Positions 1-9,966 of a DNA stretch of 64,000 nt are shown piece after piece. Under the pieces are notes generated by a model. That model was not told the DNA's origin. It worked only from the letters and a program-made list of their open reading frames with translations, and did not search any database. Each line of letters starts with the position of its first letter. Positions within the stretch are counted from its first letter, which is position 1. The position numbers and the translations under genes are program-made. The stretch lies in assembly GCA_037917685.1 (NCBI GenBank), contig JAVCBU010000012.1, forward strand, positions 96,001 through 160,000, in the 5' to 3' direction. The stretch is from Thermoproteota archaeon. Lineage in GTDB: Archaea; Korarchaeota; Korarchaeia; Korarchaeales; JAOZGB01.

Positions 1-26
1 CATCAAAAATCTTAGCAAGATATGTA

Positions 27-476
27 ATGGTAATTGTAGCCTATTTTACCGTTAATGTGCTTCTAGACTATATGTATCCCATAGAATTTGAAGCTTTCGC
101 TTTTAGGGGCTTCCCTGCCATAAATTTCAAGTACCTACCGGCAGTGACGCTCTCATATACGATATACGCTGTATCAGCTGAGAGAATTCCAAAGCCTGCT
201 ACATTTACAGCTGCTTTACTATGTATAATAGCTGGGGTGGCTGGGTGGTTTAGGTATGTTGCAGCACTTATCAAAGCAATGTTAACGGTAATACCTTCTC
301 TCGTATTGTCTCTGATTTCAGGCTTTAGGGGGTACGAGGCTATAATCTCCATATTTGTAGGTATACCACTAACCATCTTGTTCCTATACGGAGCCAGTAT
401 CCTGTTAGAGAAACTTTTAGAAAACCTGAAACAGTATATAAGACACAGAAATAATTATATTCCGAATAAGACTTGA
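27..476 (+). CDS. Hypothetical multi-pass membrane protein (start may lie upstream of the window)
   Basis: 149 aa ORF with about 4 hydrophobic segments, 9 bp before the next gene. Confidence 0.55.
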   Translation: MVIVAYFTVNVLLDYMYPIEFEAFAFRGFPAINFKYLPAVTLSYTIYAVSAERIPKPATFTAALLCIIAGVAGWFRYVAALIKAMLTVIPSLVLSLISGFRGYEAIISIFVGIPLTILFLYGASILLEKLLENLKQYIRHRNNYIPNKT

Positions 477-485
477 GTATAACTG

Positions 486-1262
486 ATGAAGGTTCATATC
501 TTAATGATCCTACTATGGATGCAACTTCTTCTTACACCTTTTACTGACCAGGAATACATTAGGATTGAGGTTCACGTAGTAGTAGATAAGCCTGCCGATC
601 CTTTTGCCTATGAGCCGTTAAACGGTACCCCAACTAACATTACTGTTTTCAGGTATCGCCTCATACAGCCCCTTATCCCAGGGTCAGGTGTTTTCGAACC
701 TGTTGATAGTATTCCGCTTGAGAAAGCCGGGGAAGACATTTATGTCGGTGAAAAATATGTTAGGAAGTTTCAGGGGGTTATGTGTTTAGGATTCCAGCCG
801 ACGAATTTTATAGATGGACAAGCTGTGGTCTATGTTAACCAGTCACTAGACACTGTTAAGGTTACTGTTCATTATTGGAAAGTAACGATCGGCATTCTTG
901 GTAGGCCACCAGTAGCTGTTCTCTCAAACAGTATAGATTGGGAGCTTTGTGGCCGCCTGCTTTCCTCGTACTTTGAAAGGAATAATGTGGAAATGCTGAG
1001 GTTCACAGTTGATAACGCATCTGAAATGCTTGGAATGGGGTTTATAGTTATCCTGGGAGGGCCTGACGCATACGAGGGGGTAGGCGGCTTTTCTGCCAGG
1101 GCGTTACCTTCGGACATTGAAATGATGCTTAGATCTAACCATTCTTCATACGGGGTATTCGAATACTTCGATGTTTGGAGGCCAGGGCAGCATGTAATTG
1201 TAATAGCCGGACATGATAGATACCTAACCCTTAAGGCTGTCCGGGAGATCACCGGAGGATAA
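486..1262 (+). CDS. Secreted protein with C-terminal S-layer/cell-wall-binding-like domain
   Basis: N-terminal signal-like helix; C-terminal IVILGGPDAYEGVG and VIVIAGHDRYLT motifs typical of archaeal S-layer-associated domains. Confidence 0.6.
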   Translation: MKVHILMILLWMQLLLTPFTDQEYIRIEVHVVVDKPADPFAYEPLNGTPTNITVFRYRLIQPLIPGSGVFEPVDSIPLEKAGEDIYVGEKYVRKFQGVMCLGFQPTNFIDGQAVVYVNQSLDTVKVTVHYWKVTIGILGRPPVAVLSNSIDWELCGRLLSSYFERNNVEMLRFTVDNASEMLGMGFIVILGGPDAYEGVGGFSARALPSDIEMMLRSNHSSYGVFEYFDVWRPGQHVIVIAGHDRYLTLKAVREITGG

Positions 1263-1691
1263 CAGTAGAGAAACTTTGGATAGGTATCTTGATATTTTAA
1301 CAGCGATACTTGGAATTTCCTTTATTTTGCCTTTTACCACGACGAAATGTCTTAGTCTACAGTTGGAGCGTGTTATCTTGAGGGCTTCCTCTGCTACGTG
1401 GTGAAGCTGTAGACAGTGGGGACTACCGTCCACAGTTAGTATTCCCAGCTCATCAAGTTCGATTCTTGCAAGTATAGATGCGATTTTTAAGGCTACAACG
1501 TTGAAAATGCTCTCCTCCATGCAAACCTTTAGTGGATAGTACCCTTTGAACTGTTTAACTATTTCAGGACGCTCCGTTTCCAAACATGAAGCGTAAACTA
1601 GAATCTTCCCCGCATTCCTAATATGTTTGGAAGACGAATTAGTAGATAGAAGCTCCCCCAGTTTCAGCCCCTCCCTACTCTTTAGACACAA
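1224..1691 (-). CDS. Putative Fe-S cluster-binding protein
   Basis: Dispersed Cys motifs YASCL, VCMEE and TVDGSPHC; overlaps the upstream gene. Confidence 0.6.
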   Translation of the reverse strand: MCLKSREGLKLGELLSTNSSSKHIRNAGKILVYASCLETERPEIVKQFKGYYPLKVCMEESIFNVVALKIASILARIELDELGILTVDGSPHCLQLHHVAEEALKITRSNCRLRHFVVVKGKIKEIPSIAVKISRYLSKVSLLLSSGDLPDSLKG

Positions 1692-2616
1692 TTACCGCGG
1701 TTCTTACTATGCCGGGTGTCTCGCTTCTCCACATCACAGGGGCTGGATATTTGTCCGACACCCAGAATGTCATGTTCGTTGAACCAATAACTATATTGTA
1801 GACTCTACATTTGAACGTGCCTAACGGTGTTGTTATAAGTTCCTCTCCTGCATAATTAACGGTTTCATTCCAAAGGCCTATTCCAGTCTGTTGGAGAAGC
1901 GTGAGGGCTGTTACATTTACTAAGGGGCCTGCAGCTGATTTTATGCTTGAAACCAGTATCTCGTTGTTATCCTTTGCTATAATGGCCTTGTAAGCCGCCA
2001 CAAACTGGCCCTTAGAAGTAGCGTTTACCCACACAAGCCAGCAGGCTCTCCCAGCTACGGCTGTGGAATCAACAGTCAAAGTGTAGTTCAACGTTCTATT
2101 CTGTACTTTACTCATTAATTCTACATGGTAAACTATTCTTTGAAACTCGTCAAAGCTGTACAGCTCCTTACCTGTAATGTTTCCTTGTTTTCCTAGTTTT
2201 CCGTGTTTAAGGCTGATTCCATGGATGTATCCCCCTCTGTAGAGATAGTAGACACCTGATACAGCTATTATTGCCAGGATGATGGGTGCTATCATTGAGA
2301 TGTGGGGTATTTGAGGTCTCAGCTTCGGCTTGGAAATCTTAGGAGCAGCGGGTTTGAATCTTGGCTTAGATGGCTTTACCACCGGTTTAACCTCTTTGAC
2401 TTTTTCCACGCGTTCTTCGAGTGGGGGCCTGAGCTGGCCGGGTTCCTCGATCGATTCCTTCTCTGCTTCAAGGATTGGTTTAGGTTTTTCGGGTTCAAAA
2501 CCGTATTTCTTGAGTATCTCCTCGTAGAATTCTCTGCTTATCAGTCCCTGTTCAAACGCCTCCATTGCCCTTTTGACTATCTTCTCAGGCTTAACTTTTC
2601 TCCTTTTCCTAACCAT
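1675..2616 (-). CDS. Membrane-anchored hypothetical protein (charged/Pro-rich N-terminus, one TM, beta-rich external domain)
   Basis: Lys/Glu/Pro-rich N-terminus, TM MIAPIILAIIAVSGVYYLY, and ELITTPLGTFKC...FWVSDKYPAPV motif; TGATG overlap with the upstream gene. Confidence 0.65.
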   Translation of the reverse strand: MVRKRRKVKPEKIVKRAMEAFEQGLISREFYEEILKKYGFEPEKPKPILEAEKESIEEPGQLRPPLEERVEKVKEVKPVVKPSKPRFKPAAPKISKPKLRPQIPHISMIAPIILAIIAVSGVYYLYRGGYIHGISLKHGKLGKQGNITGKELYSFDEFQRIVYHVELMSKVQNRTLNYTLTVDSTAVAGRACWLVWVNATSKGQFVAAYKAIIAKDNNEILVSSIKSAAGPLVNVTALTLLQQTGIGLWNETVNYAGEELITTPLGTFKCRVYNIVIGSTNMTFWVSDKYPAPVMWRSETPGIVRTAVIVSKE

Positions 2617-3623
2617 CAGCCTTCACCTTTTATCATGGAAGGCTTTGAATGGCTATAGCTCTCTACTATTTTAAGGATTGCCTGCTGTGTTTCATGCGGC
2701 GTGGCGGCTGTGTTTACAGCATAGTTTTCTGTTGTCTCAAGTAGTTTAAGGAAGAACTCGCTTCTAAGCTTCTTTTTCCGTTCATCTTTTACTAGGAGGT
2801 GTGGATTATAGTATCCATTTTGCGCAAGCATTGAGAGGGCTTCTTCGGGCTCAACCCCCCAATAAACCCTATTATCAGACTTTTCCCTAACCAGTATTAG
2901 AAATATTCTTAGGGTTGTCATTGGTATTATTCTCCCCTTGCCTATAACCCATCTAAGGTTAACTATCGCCCTCCCCTTTTTGTCCGCTAGAGCTTTCTTA
3001 ACTAACCCGCTGAATTCAGGCCAGACTTGCGCAAGGTCAGCTCTAATATAGAAGTTCTTTTCCGAGCTGAAAGCTAGAAAGCCGGTTTCAAGGGGTCTAA
3101 CAAAAAACCAGTCATCCGATATAACCCTTATCCTACTATTTCTCAAAAGCCCATATGCATTCGTTGTCTTACCCATCCCTGCAAGCCCAACGATGGAAAA
3201 CCCTATGCCATTATAGTCTAGGCAGGCTCCATGAATTGAAAATATCCCATGGTGGTCTTCAAGTATGTCTCCGGCGATACTTAAAGCTACAGATTTAACC
3301 CATCCATAGTAGTCCATGTTTAGAAGGAAGGCTGTTTTGGAAAGCGGATCGTACAGAACTATGAGATCGTATCTGTCATCCTTGGTTACTATTAGCCTGC
3401 CGTGACTTCTAACATTCCAGTACATGTTGTAAAAGTTTTCAGTCCATCTATCTCTTATCCAGCCATCATCGGTTAATAGCTTAATACAACACCCATATAT
3501 ATCTGCCTTTTCTTCGTAAAGAAGCTTAGACGCGAGTTCTTCCATCAGCTTTTCTCTTGTATTAATATCTATCAGTCTAATATTATAAGACTCGTTCACA
3601 CCTAAAGAAAACCAGGCCACCAT
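2616..3623 (-). CDS. HPr kinase/PEPCK-like P-loop protein
   Basis: IHGAC, Walker A GLAGMGKTT and ISDDW (HprK signature HG...GxxGxGKT...DD). Confidence 0.75.
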   Translation of the reverse strand: MVAWFSLGVNESYNIRLIDINTREKLMEELASKLLYEEKADIYGCCIKLLTDDGWIRDRWTENFYNMYWNVRSHGRLIVTKDDRYDLIVLYDPLSKTAFLLNMDYYGWVKSVALSIAGDILEDHHGIFSIHGACLDYNGIGFSIVGLAGMGKTTNAYGLLRNSRIRVISDDWFFVRPLETGFLAFSSEKNFYIRADLAQVWPEFSGLVKKALADKKGRAIVNLRWVIGKGRIIPMTTLRIFLILVREKSDNRVYWGVEPEEALSMLAQNGYYNPHLLVKDERKKKLRSEFFLKLLETTENYAVNTAATPHETQQAILKIVESYSHSKPSMIKGEG

Positions 3624-3643
3624 TAATAATTATACTCCTAAAG

Positions 3644-4213
3644 CTATATCTCTGTAAAGAACTTCCTAAGTTTAAGACTTACCGTGTCCTTCTCAGCGTG
3701 GAACATTTTGAGGCTTGAATTCTTCTTAATCTCCAATAGTGTTATCTTTCCCTTAATGCTTCTTAGGATACTAATTTCGTCGAACTCCTCTTCTGTTTTC
3801 TTGGACGCCATGTCTACTAATAGATGTGCTGACCCGTTTGAGTAGAAGATCATTTTATCCTCAGATATAAGTACTCCCTGAAAATTTCTATTTAATGTTA
3901 TTTTCTGGAGTGTTCTAAAGTTAAGCAGCTCGATATTTAGCTCTGGAATCACCTCTGATGAGTGTTCCCTGATTAAATCTATAATGCTGCTAACCGGAAG
4001 TCTATAAACATCAACACTCCCCCTAAAGTTGTTAAGCGATTCTAACGCCTTCTCAGGTGTAAACAACACTGGTTTGCCAAGGACAAAATATATTTTGTTC
4101 TCTACATCACCATCTTGAAATAATATGTAACCTGTAAGCTTTATGTTCTCTAACATGGTTAGCAGGCTACTTATGTCTACTACTTCAAGGGACACACTAA
4201 GTATTTTAGACAT
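3644..4213 (-). CDS. DUF2226/PATAN-like two-repeat protein
   Basis: Two internal repeats, LENIKLTGYI...IYFVLGK and LNRNFQGVL...IFYSNG. Confidence 0.55.
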   Translation of the reverse strand: MSKILSVSLEVVDISSLLTMLENIKLTGYILFQDGDVENKIYFVLGKPVLFTPEKALESLNNFRGSVDVYRLPVSSIIDLIREHSSEVIPELNIELLNFRTLQKITLNRNFQGVLISEDKMIFYSNGSAHLLVDMASKKTEEEFDEISILRSIKGKITLLEIKKNSSLKMFHAEKDTVSLKLRKFFTEI

Positions 4214-4238
4214 CAGAAGTTACTACCATACAATTTTA

Positions 4239-5705
4239 TTAATCATTTCCATGGGGGTTCTGCATCCATCTGTCCATGGCGGTCAGGCCTGTAGATGAAG
4301 GGTGTTTTTCAGCTACTATGTCCACAATGATCGGCCTTGGGAGGGGGGCGGCAGTAGCTTTAACAATGGATCTTCCGGCTGGGAAGAGTTTAAGTGTCTC
4401 CGCTATGCCGCCGATCATCTCTTTCACCCTTTCTAGGTCAATGTCTTCAACTCTGTGACATATAAGGTTCTGCCCAAGCTGGGTTGTAATCGTCTTGTCT
4501 ATTAGGGCTGGCCTTTGGGTGGCAATGAACGGTACTACGCCATTCCTCGGGCCTGTGGTGGATATGAGTTTAAGTGTCTTTCTAAGGTTGGATGTTGGCT
4601 TTTCCTCGGCAAGGGATACACCCCCCTTTTCTGGGGCGAACAGGTGGGCCTCATCGATTAAGATGAATATTCCATAGCTTCTATCCTCTAGGGCTTGTTT
4701 ATACGCTGATTCAAGGATTCCCCCAATTTTAAAGTAGGTTTCATCCCAGTCTTCAACGGTGGAAAGGTCGAGTACTACAATGTTATCTCTTGCAAGCTTA
4801 ACTATATATTCAGATGTTCCGCCTTCCTCCTTAGCGGAAGGATATTTCTCTGCAAGCAGTCTAAACTGTGATGTGGACTCATCGTCGAATCCACACTCAC
4901 GTGTAAGATCCATAATGAGTTCTTTAGTTATCGGAGTTTTAGAGCCGCCTACAGCGTTGGTAATAGCGTTTTTCAGTTTTAATGCTTGTTTAGAGGAGGG
5001 GTGTATTCCAAGTGCAGATCTTATATGGCTATATATTTCTCCAGCCTCCAATGGAGGCATCGCACTTGCGCTCCTTATATCCACCCGTATAGCATTAAAA
5101 GCCTCTTCTAGGGCGGGTCCGTACTCGTAGTCCTTGTCTATTATTATACCACCAGGCTTTCCGATACTGCTAATAGTGGAGACTAACCTGTAAACAATTG
5201 AGAGCAACGTAGTAGTTTTTCCGCTTCCAATGCCGCCGAAAACAACAAGTCCTCTCCTTGTGAGGTCCCATATTCTAAGCCATATCTCCATTCCTCCAGG
5301 GTATAACTTCCCAAGTTTGATGGATAAATCCTCAGTCGGCGCAAGCAGGCTTCTCAGGTCTTCCTCATCCACCCTGTAAACTTCCTGGTGGGGTGTTATT
5401 ATGCCAAGGTAAGGCTCTATCCTCCCATTCCTTAACATTCCAACCTGTTCCGCTTCAACCCTAGGGAAATTCCTTTCCTCATCCATCACCATCGGCCCTT
5501 TCTTCAGTATAACCTCCTCATACGATGCAGGCTGCCTCTTAACGTATAGTCCAATCGCCTGATAGTAAACCTTTCCCTCAGATGTCATAATCCACAGAAA
5601 CTCTCCAGGCTTAATGTCTACTCCTTCCCTAAGGATTATAGAGAATCTATCGGGATAATAGTATCCATAATCCGAATATACGCTACCTATTGGTTCCAGC
5701 ATCAC
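4239..5705 (-). CDS. herA: HerA-family ATPase/DNA translocase (divergent)
   Basis: HAS-barrel-like N-terminus, Walker A GGIGSGKT, Walker B ILIDEAH and ATQRP; 4-bp overlap with nurA. Confidence 0.85.
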   Translation of the reverse strand: MMLEPIGSVYSDYGYYYPDRFSIILREGVDIKPGEFLWIMTSEGKVYYQAIGLYVKRQPASYEEVILKKGPMVMDEERNFPRVEAEQVGMLRNGRIEPYLGIITPHQEVYRVDEEDLRSLLAPTEDLSIKLGKLYPGGMEIWLRIWDLTRRGLVVFGGIGSGKTTTLLSIVYRLVSTISSIGKPGGIIIDKDYEYGPALEEAFNAIRVDIRSASAMPPLEAGEIYSHIRSALGIHPSSKQALKLKNAITNAVGGSKTPITKELIMDLTRECGFDDESTSQFRLLAEKYPSAKEEGGTSEYIVKLARDNIVVLDLSTVEDWDETYFKIGGILESAYKQALEDRSYGIFILIDEAHLFAPEKGGVSLAEEKPTSNLRKTLKLISTTGPRNGVVPFIATQRPALIDKTITTQLGQNLICHRVEDIDLERVKEMIGGIAETLKLFPAGRSIVKATAAPLPRPIIVDIVAEKHPSSTGLTAMDRWMQNPHGND

Positions 5706-6805
5706 GTCTCACCATGCATCCAACCTAGAAGCTCCAGCAGAAGTTTAAGCTTATCCTCTTCACCGGCGTACATGGAAACAACATGGTTAATCGTAGATCT
5801 ATAGGTATCCCGTGCGAACCTCTTAGTTATTTTCACCGTCTCGTCAGCCTTCACAACCGGGAAAGGTATCCCGTCAAGATCTGAAAGGCTTAGAATGTAA
5901 GAGAGAACCTGCTTTACACCTGTAAATGGTGGGAAGACCCTTGAAATGTCAACGCGGTATGGAGCTTTACCTCTCGATGTCTTGAGAAATGTAAAGCTCA
6001 GCCTCCCAGGCACTATGGATTTTCTCGCTGTATCATCGTGTATGATTGAGGAGAGCTCTACACCCCCTAGTTCTATTGGAGGCCAGGGATAAGATTCCCC
6101 CCATCCTAAGCCTGCAAGGGTTGAGAGTGCAACGTCAGGGTAAGATTTAAGGCCGTATATCTGTGAGATGTAGTGTGATTTAGGTCTTTTAACGAATCCT
6201 ACAACTGTGACGCCTATTTTCTCCGCATAGTCAAGCATTCGCCTCCTGTACTCGAGGTATAGCCTGACAGGATCACCAATCCTCTCCCTCCTCTTTTTCA
6301 GCCATATCCTTGCCGGTGGGATAAGTGGGCCGTCGACTATTAAAATGTCGGGTTTAACACTGTCGATTCCATCTTTAAGCATCTTTAATGCGGACATTAC
6401 TACAAGAGCTTCTCTTAGGGGAGCCAGCATGGCTTCGACGTCTTCCCTAGTTATGTTAAAGGAGGATAGGGGGTCCTCAGGAATTTTTGAAACAAGAGCC
6501 TCTGACCTATGAATTTTATTATCCCTGTCTACTAGAATACTACAGGACACGCATACACCGAAACAGGAGGATCTAAGGTTAAAAATGGCGCTACCACCGT
6601 CGGATGATCCTGGAACTACACTGTTGGGTAGGTCCGTAACGTCAAGTTTTATTTTTGTGAATGCTTCCTTAACTTTGTATAGAGGCCTCTCACATACTAT
6701 TCCATCTATAATCTTAAGTATATATTTTTGGATCTCCTCTTTAACTGATAAGGCTACTTCTGAAGCTATGAAGGGTTCTATTTCCGAGGGTTTAGGTTTT
6801 TCCAT
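5702..6805 (-). CDS. nurA: NurA-family 5'-3' nuclease
   Basis: SDGG, IVDGPL, GFVKRP and GIPFPVVKAD motifs; directly upstream of herA. Confidence 0.85.
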   Translation of the reverse strand: MEKPKPSEIEPFIASEVALSVKEEIQKYILKIIDGIVCERPLYKVKEAFTKIKLDVTDLPNSVVPGSSDGGSAIFNLRSSCFGVCVSCSILVDRDNKIHRSEALVSKIPEDPLSSFNITREDVEAMLAPLREALVVMSALKMLKDGIDSVKPDILIVDGPLIPPARIWLKKRRERIGDPVRLYLEYRRRMLDYAEKIGVTVVGFVKRPKSHYISQIYGLKSYPDVALSTLAGLGWGESYPWPPIELGGVELSSIIHDDTARKSIVPGRLSFTFLKTSRGKAPYRVDISRVFPPFTGVKQVLSYILSLSDLDGIPFPVVKADETVKITKRFARDTYRSTINHVVSMYAGEEDKLKLLLELLGWMHGET

Positions 6806-6878
6806 CAGCTCTACAATTCTATGTACAGTAGTTAGAACTTAAATGTTGCCCGGGATCAATGATTAACCGTAGCCAAGG

Positions 6879-7655
6879 GTGGTGATAATGCAGCCTCACA
6901 TTATGTGTAAGAGTGGAGATGTCGGGGAATATGTTTTACTGCCTGGGGATCCTAAGAGGACAAGGATGATAGCAGAGCTCATGGAGGAACCTAGGATTGT
7001 AGCTGACTATCGCCAGTTCATAACTTATACTGGCTGGTATAAGGGTGTTAGGGTGTCTACAACTAGCACCGGAATAGGGTGTCCAGCTGCAGCGATAACT
7101 GTTGAGGAGCTTTCCAGGGTTGGAGCTAAATGCTTCATAAGGGTTGGAACAACCGGGTCCATACAGCCGTACATTGATACCGGTGACATTGTAGTGGCGA
7201 CTGGGGCTGTAAGAGATGAAGGAACTACTGTAAACTACGCGCCACGTTCATACCCTGCTCTCGCGTCTCTGAGAGTTGTAGATGCCTTACTAGAAGCTTC
7301 TAAAAAGGTAGGAGTGGACTGCTACTCCGGTATTGTATGGACAAGTGATGCATTCTACTCTGAAGATATGGAGAAAGTTGAACTTTATAGAAAAATAGGC
7401 GTGCTTTCAGTGGAGATGGAGTGTTCTGCCATCTTTACACTTGCCTCGATCAAAGGCTTACTTTCCGGAGCGATTCTCGCTGTTGACGGGAACCTTATAA
7501 AGGGAACTAAGAAGTCGGAGTTTAAACCCCATGAAAAGAAAGGCGAGTTTGATCCTATAGTTAGGAATGCTGTTTTAAAGGAGGTCAAAATAGCCCTAGA
7601 GGCCATCAGGATACTCCATGAAGAGGGCTTGCCGGACAGTCCTGCACAAGCGTAA
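6879..7655 (+). CDS. udp: Nucleoside (uridine/purine) phosphorylase, PNP/UDP family
   Basis: QPHI, LLPGDPKR, STGIGCPAAAI, IRVGTTG, TSDAFY and VEME motifs. Confidence 0.9.
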   Translation: MVIMQPHIMCKSGDVGEYVLLPGDPKRTRMIAELMEEPRIVADYRQFITYTGWYKGVRVSTTSTGIGCPAAAITVEELSRVGAKCFIRVGTTGSIQPYIDTGDIVVATGAVRDEGTTVNYAPRSYPALASLRVVDALLEASKKVGVDCYSGIVWTSDAFYSEDMEKVELYRKIGVLSVEMECSAIFTLASIKGLLSGAILAVDGNLIKGTKKSEFKPHEKKGEFDPIVRNAVLKEVKIALEAIRILHEEGLPDSPAQA

Positions 7656-7694
7656 AACGTTATTAAATTTCAAGTATGCTATAACAGGGTCGAA

Positions 7695-7991
7695 ATGGAA
7701 GTTAGGAATGCTCAAGCAATCATAAAGGAAACCTATGAAAGAAGAGATAGGAGTAGAGGGGTCTACTTAACCTTTATGCACCTGGTTGAGGAGGTTGGAG
7801 AATTCGCGCGGGCGATAAGAAGGAATAACAAGGATGAAATAGCCGGAGAGATGGCTGATGTCTTCGCGTGGCTCCTCAGCATAGCTTACCTTCTAGAGGT
7901 TGACTTGGAAAGCGAGTTTGAAAAGAGGTACGGCAGTGGCTGTCCTAAATGCGGTAGTAAACCATGTACTTGTCCTCCACTTGAAGGATAG
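7695..7991 (+). CDS. MazG-like nucleotide pyrophosphohydrolase
   Basis: LVEEVGE...EMADVFAWL and C-terminal CPKC-PCTC. Confidence 0.9.
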   Translation: MEVRNAQAIIKETYERRDRSRGVYLTFMHLVEEVGEFARAIRRNNKDEIAGEMADVFAWLLSIAYLLEVDLESEFEKRYGSGCPKCGSKPCTCPPLEG

Positions 7992-8023
7992 TTCTCTAAT
8001 TTTATATTGAAAATTTTAAATGA

Positions 8024-9181
8024 ATGCTTAGAGTTGAATTCTGTGTGAAGCTTAGCCGAGCTATAATTCTACTCTTAATTCCGATCGCAGTAGGTATCAT
8101 GCAGGAAAGCTATACCTTTAAGATCTACGGCTCCATGGGATGCCCCAGCTGTAAGAGGACTTATGACTACCTTGTCGAAATTTACGGTGCCAACTCTGTT
8201 ATAATGTATGATACCGCAAATTCTACAAGTTACATGGTAAGAGAAATAGAGCTTAGCCTCCTACTCTACAATAATTCAAGGGTTACGCCGATAGTTGGTG
8301 TGTTTAGAGATGGCGAGTTAATAGCCGTGTCCGGGGGGAAAACAGTTAAGGAGTTTTGGGCTAACATAGGAGATAAAACCCTAGGAGATGGCGTCGAGAT
8401 ATTCCTTAACGGTGAGCTTTACAATATTATTACTCAGAAGACCGTTGAAAAAGTGGAGGAAATATTCGGGTCAACCGAGGAGCCGCCTAGTAGAGGGAAG
8501 AGCTACAGTTTTAGAGCGTTATCGGTTATCCTAGTCTCAGCTGTTGCTGACTCAGTAAATCCGTGTACATTCAGCATATTTACAGCCCTACTAATACTTT
8601 CAGCCTCGAGTAGGGGATTTGGCCATGCTGGAAAGCTCGGATTATCCTTTATAGCTGCTATTTTCACATGTTACTATCTTATGGGTTTAGGCCTCACAGC
8701 TATAGTGTTAAAAATGCTCTGGTTAAGGCCTATACTTGCCTGCATTGCCGTAGCTCTAGGTGCATACGAGGTATGGAACTCTGTTGGAGAATACTATAGA
8801 TCTGTGATGCCTAAACCCCTCCGAAAGATCGTATCGCCCAGGATAGAAGAGGCGGCTTCGAAGGCTGGACCAGTGGGGACGTTTCTCCTCGGAGTTATCA
8901 TCAGCTTTACACTCCTCCCATGTTCAGGCGGGCCGTACCTTATAGCTGCAAGCGTCCTCGCCGAGTTCAACATGTATTCAAAGCTGGGTCTTTTATTGCT
9001 GTATAATCTGGTGTTTATTGCGCCCTTGCTTCTAATTCTTGTGGGAGTCCTTTATCTTGGGTTAAAGCTTAGGAAGCTTAAGTACTGGAGGGGGACGAAG
9101 CTTCAGCTTATGGGTATGGTATCTGGTTTTCTGCTTATCGGGATAGGGTTATATATGTTCCATCTTATCGGCATGATTTAA
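8024..9181 (+). CDS. Thioredoxin-like domain fused to CcdA/DsbD-type membrane redox protein
   Basis: N-terminal CPSC; membrane domain with DSVNPC and LLPCSGGPY. Confidence 0.8.
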   Translation: MLRVEFCVKLSRAIILLLIPIAVGIMQESYTFKIYGSMGCPSCKRTYDYLVEIYGANSVIMYDTANSTSYMVREIELSLLLYNNSRVTPIVGVFRDGELIAVSGGKTVKEFWANIGDKTLGDGVEIFLNGELYNIITQKTVEKVEEIFGSTEEPPSRGKSYSFRALSVILVSAVADSVNPCTFSIFTALLILSASSRGFGHAGKLGLSFIAAIFTCYYLMGLGLTAIVLKMLWLRPILACIAVALGAYEVWNSVGEYYRSVMPKPLRKIVSPRIEEAASKAGPVGTFLLGVIISFTLLPCSGGPYLIAASVLAEFNMYSKLGLLLLYNLVFIAPLLLILVGVLYLGLKLRKLKYWRGTKLQLMGMVSGFLLIGIGLYMFHLIGMI

Positions 9182-9182
9182 C

Positions 9183-9908
9183 TTAGACTTGAACCTCTAT
9201 CCTAATTTTAGAGCCGGGTCTGTACCCTCTAAGCTTGGAAACCATCGCCTTAACCGTAGCTCCTACAAGGTCTGATACGAAGCGGTTTAAATCTAGCCGA
9301 GAGTCGTCGACTATTATTTGCACAGATCGACGGGATAGCACCTTGCAGTCCGATATGCTTCTTTTCCCATGGAGAATCATGGCTGCTATTTCGCTACAGG
9401 TATACCCGCACTCTCTGCAATTCAGATTTGGAAGTTTGAAGGCTTTCTCGTAGGCCATCTTACTAATCTCCTCTATGTCTCGCTTTGGATGGTAAACTGG
9501 AATTTCCATGTCTATCTTTTTTGTGGAAACAGCGAAAATTTCCAGGCCTGTTTTGAGCCTTTCATAATCCTCTTTAGATTCGATAACAACTATCTTTGGA
9601 AAGGTGAGGTTTTGCTTAAAGCCTTCGACTATCACGATATCATAGGCGTTGAGCATAACACTTAGATCCTCTAACCTGAAATTTCCCTTTTGAACAGCTA
9701 TTACTTGGTTTTCAGCAACACCCACAGTTAAATCAGTAATTCTTGAAAGTCTCCACGTATCCTTACCTTTCAAGTCGAACTCGTCGTACTTGGTATGTTT
9801 GACAACGGCAACATTTAGTCCTTGACTTTTATATGATAGTATCATTCCCTCTATCAGGCTTGTTTTCCCCACGTTATGGTAGCCCACTATTCCGATATAG
9901 CGTGCCAT
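9183..9908 (-). CDS. mobB: Molybdopterin-guanine dinucleotide biosynthesis protein B with Fe-S domain
   Basis: GYHNVGKT, VVKH, GKDT, VEGFK and LPNLNCRECGYTC; start trimmed to ATG 9908 (the track's longer ORF overlaps the upstream gene). Confidence 0.88.
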   Translation of the reverse strand: MARYIGIVGYHNVGKTSLIEGMILSYKSQGLNVAVVKHTKYDEFDLKGKDTWRLSRITDLTVGVAENQVIAVQKGNFRLEDLSVMLNAYDIVIVEGFKQNLTFPKIVVIESKEDYERLKTGLEIFAVSTKKIDMEIPVYHPKRDIEEISKMAYEKAFKLPNLNCRECGYTCSEIAAMILHGKRSISDCKVLSRRSVQIIVDDSRLDLNRFVSDLVGATVKAMVSKLRGYRPGSKIRIEVQV

Positions 9909-9966
9909 CCCTTTAGTATTAGAGGCTAAAATCCTTAAAGTTTCGTAAAATTCGATGATACTTGGT

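Noticed and set aside
2300-2480. Pro/Lys-rich stretch in the 313-aa protein as a DNA repeat
   Set aside because: Low-complexity linker without nucleotide periodicity
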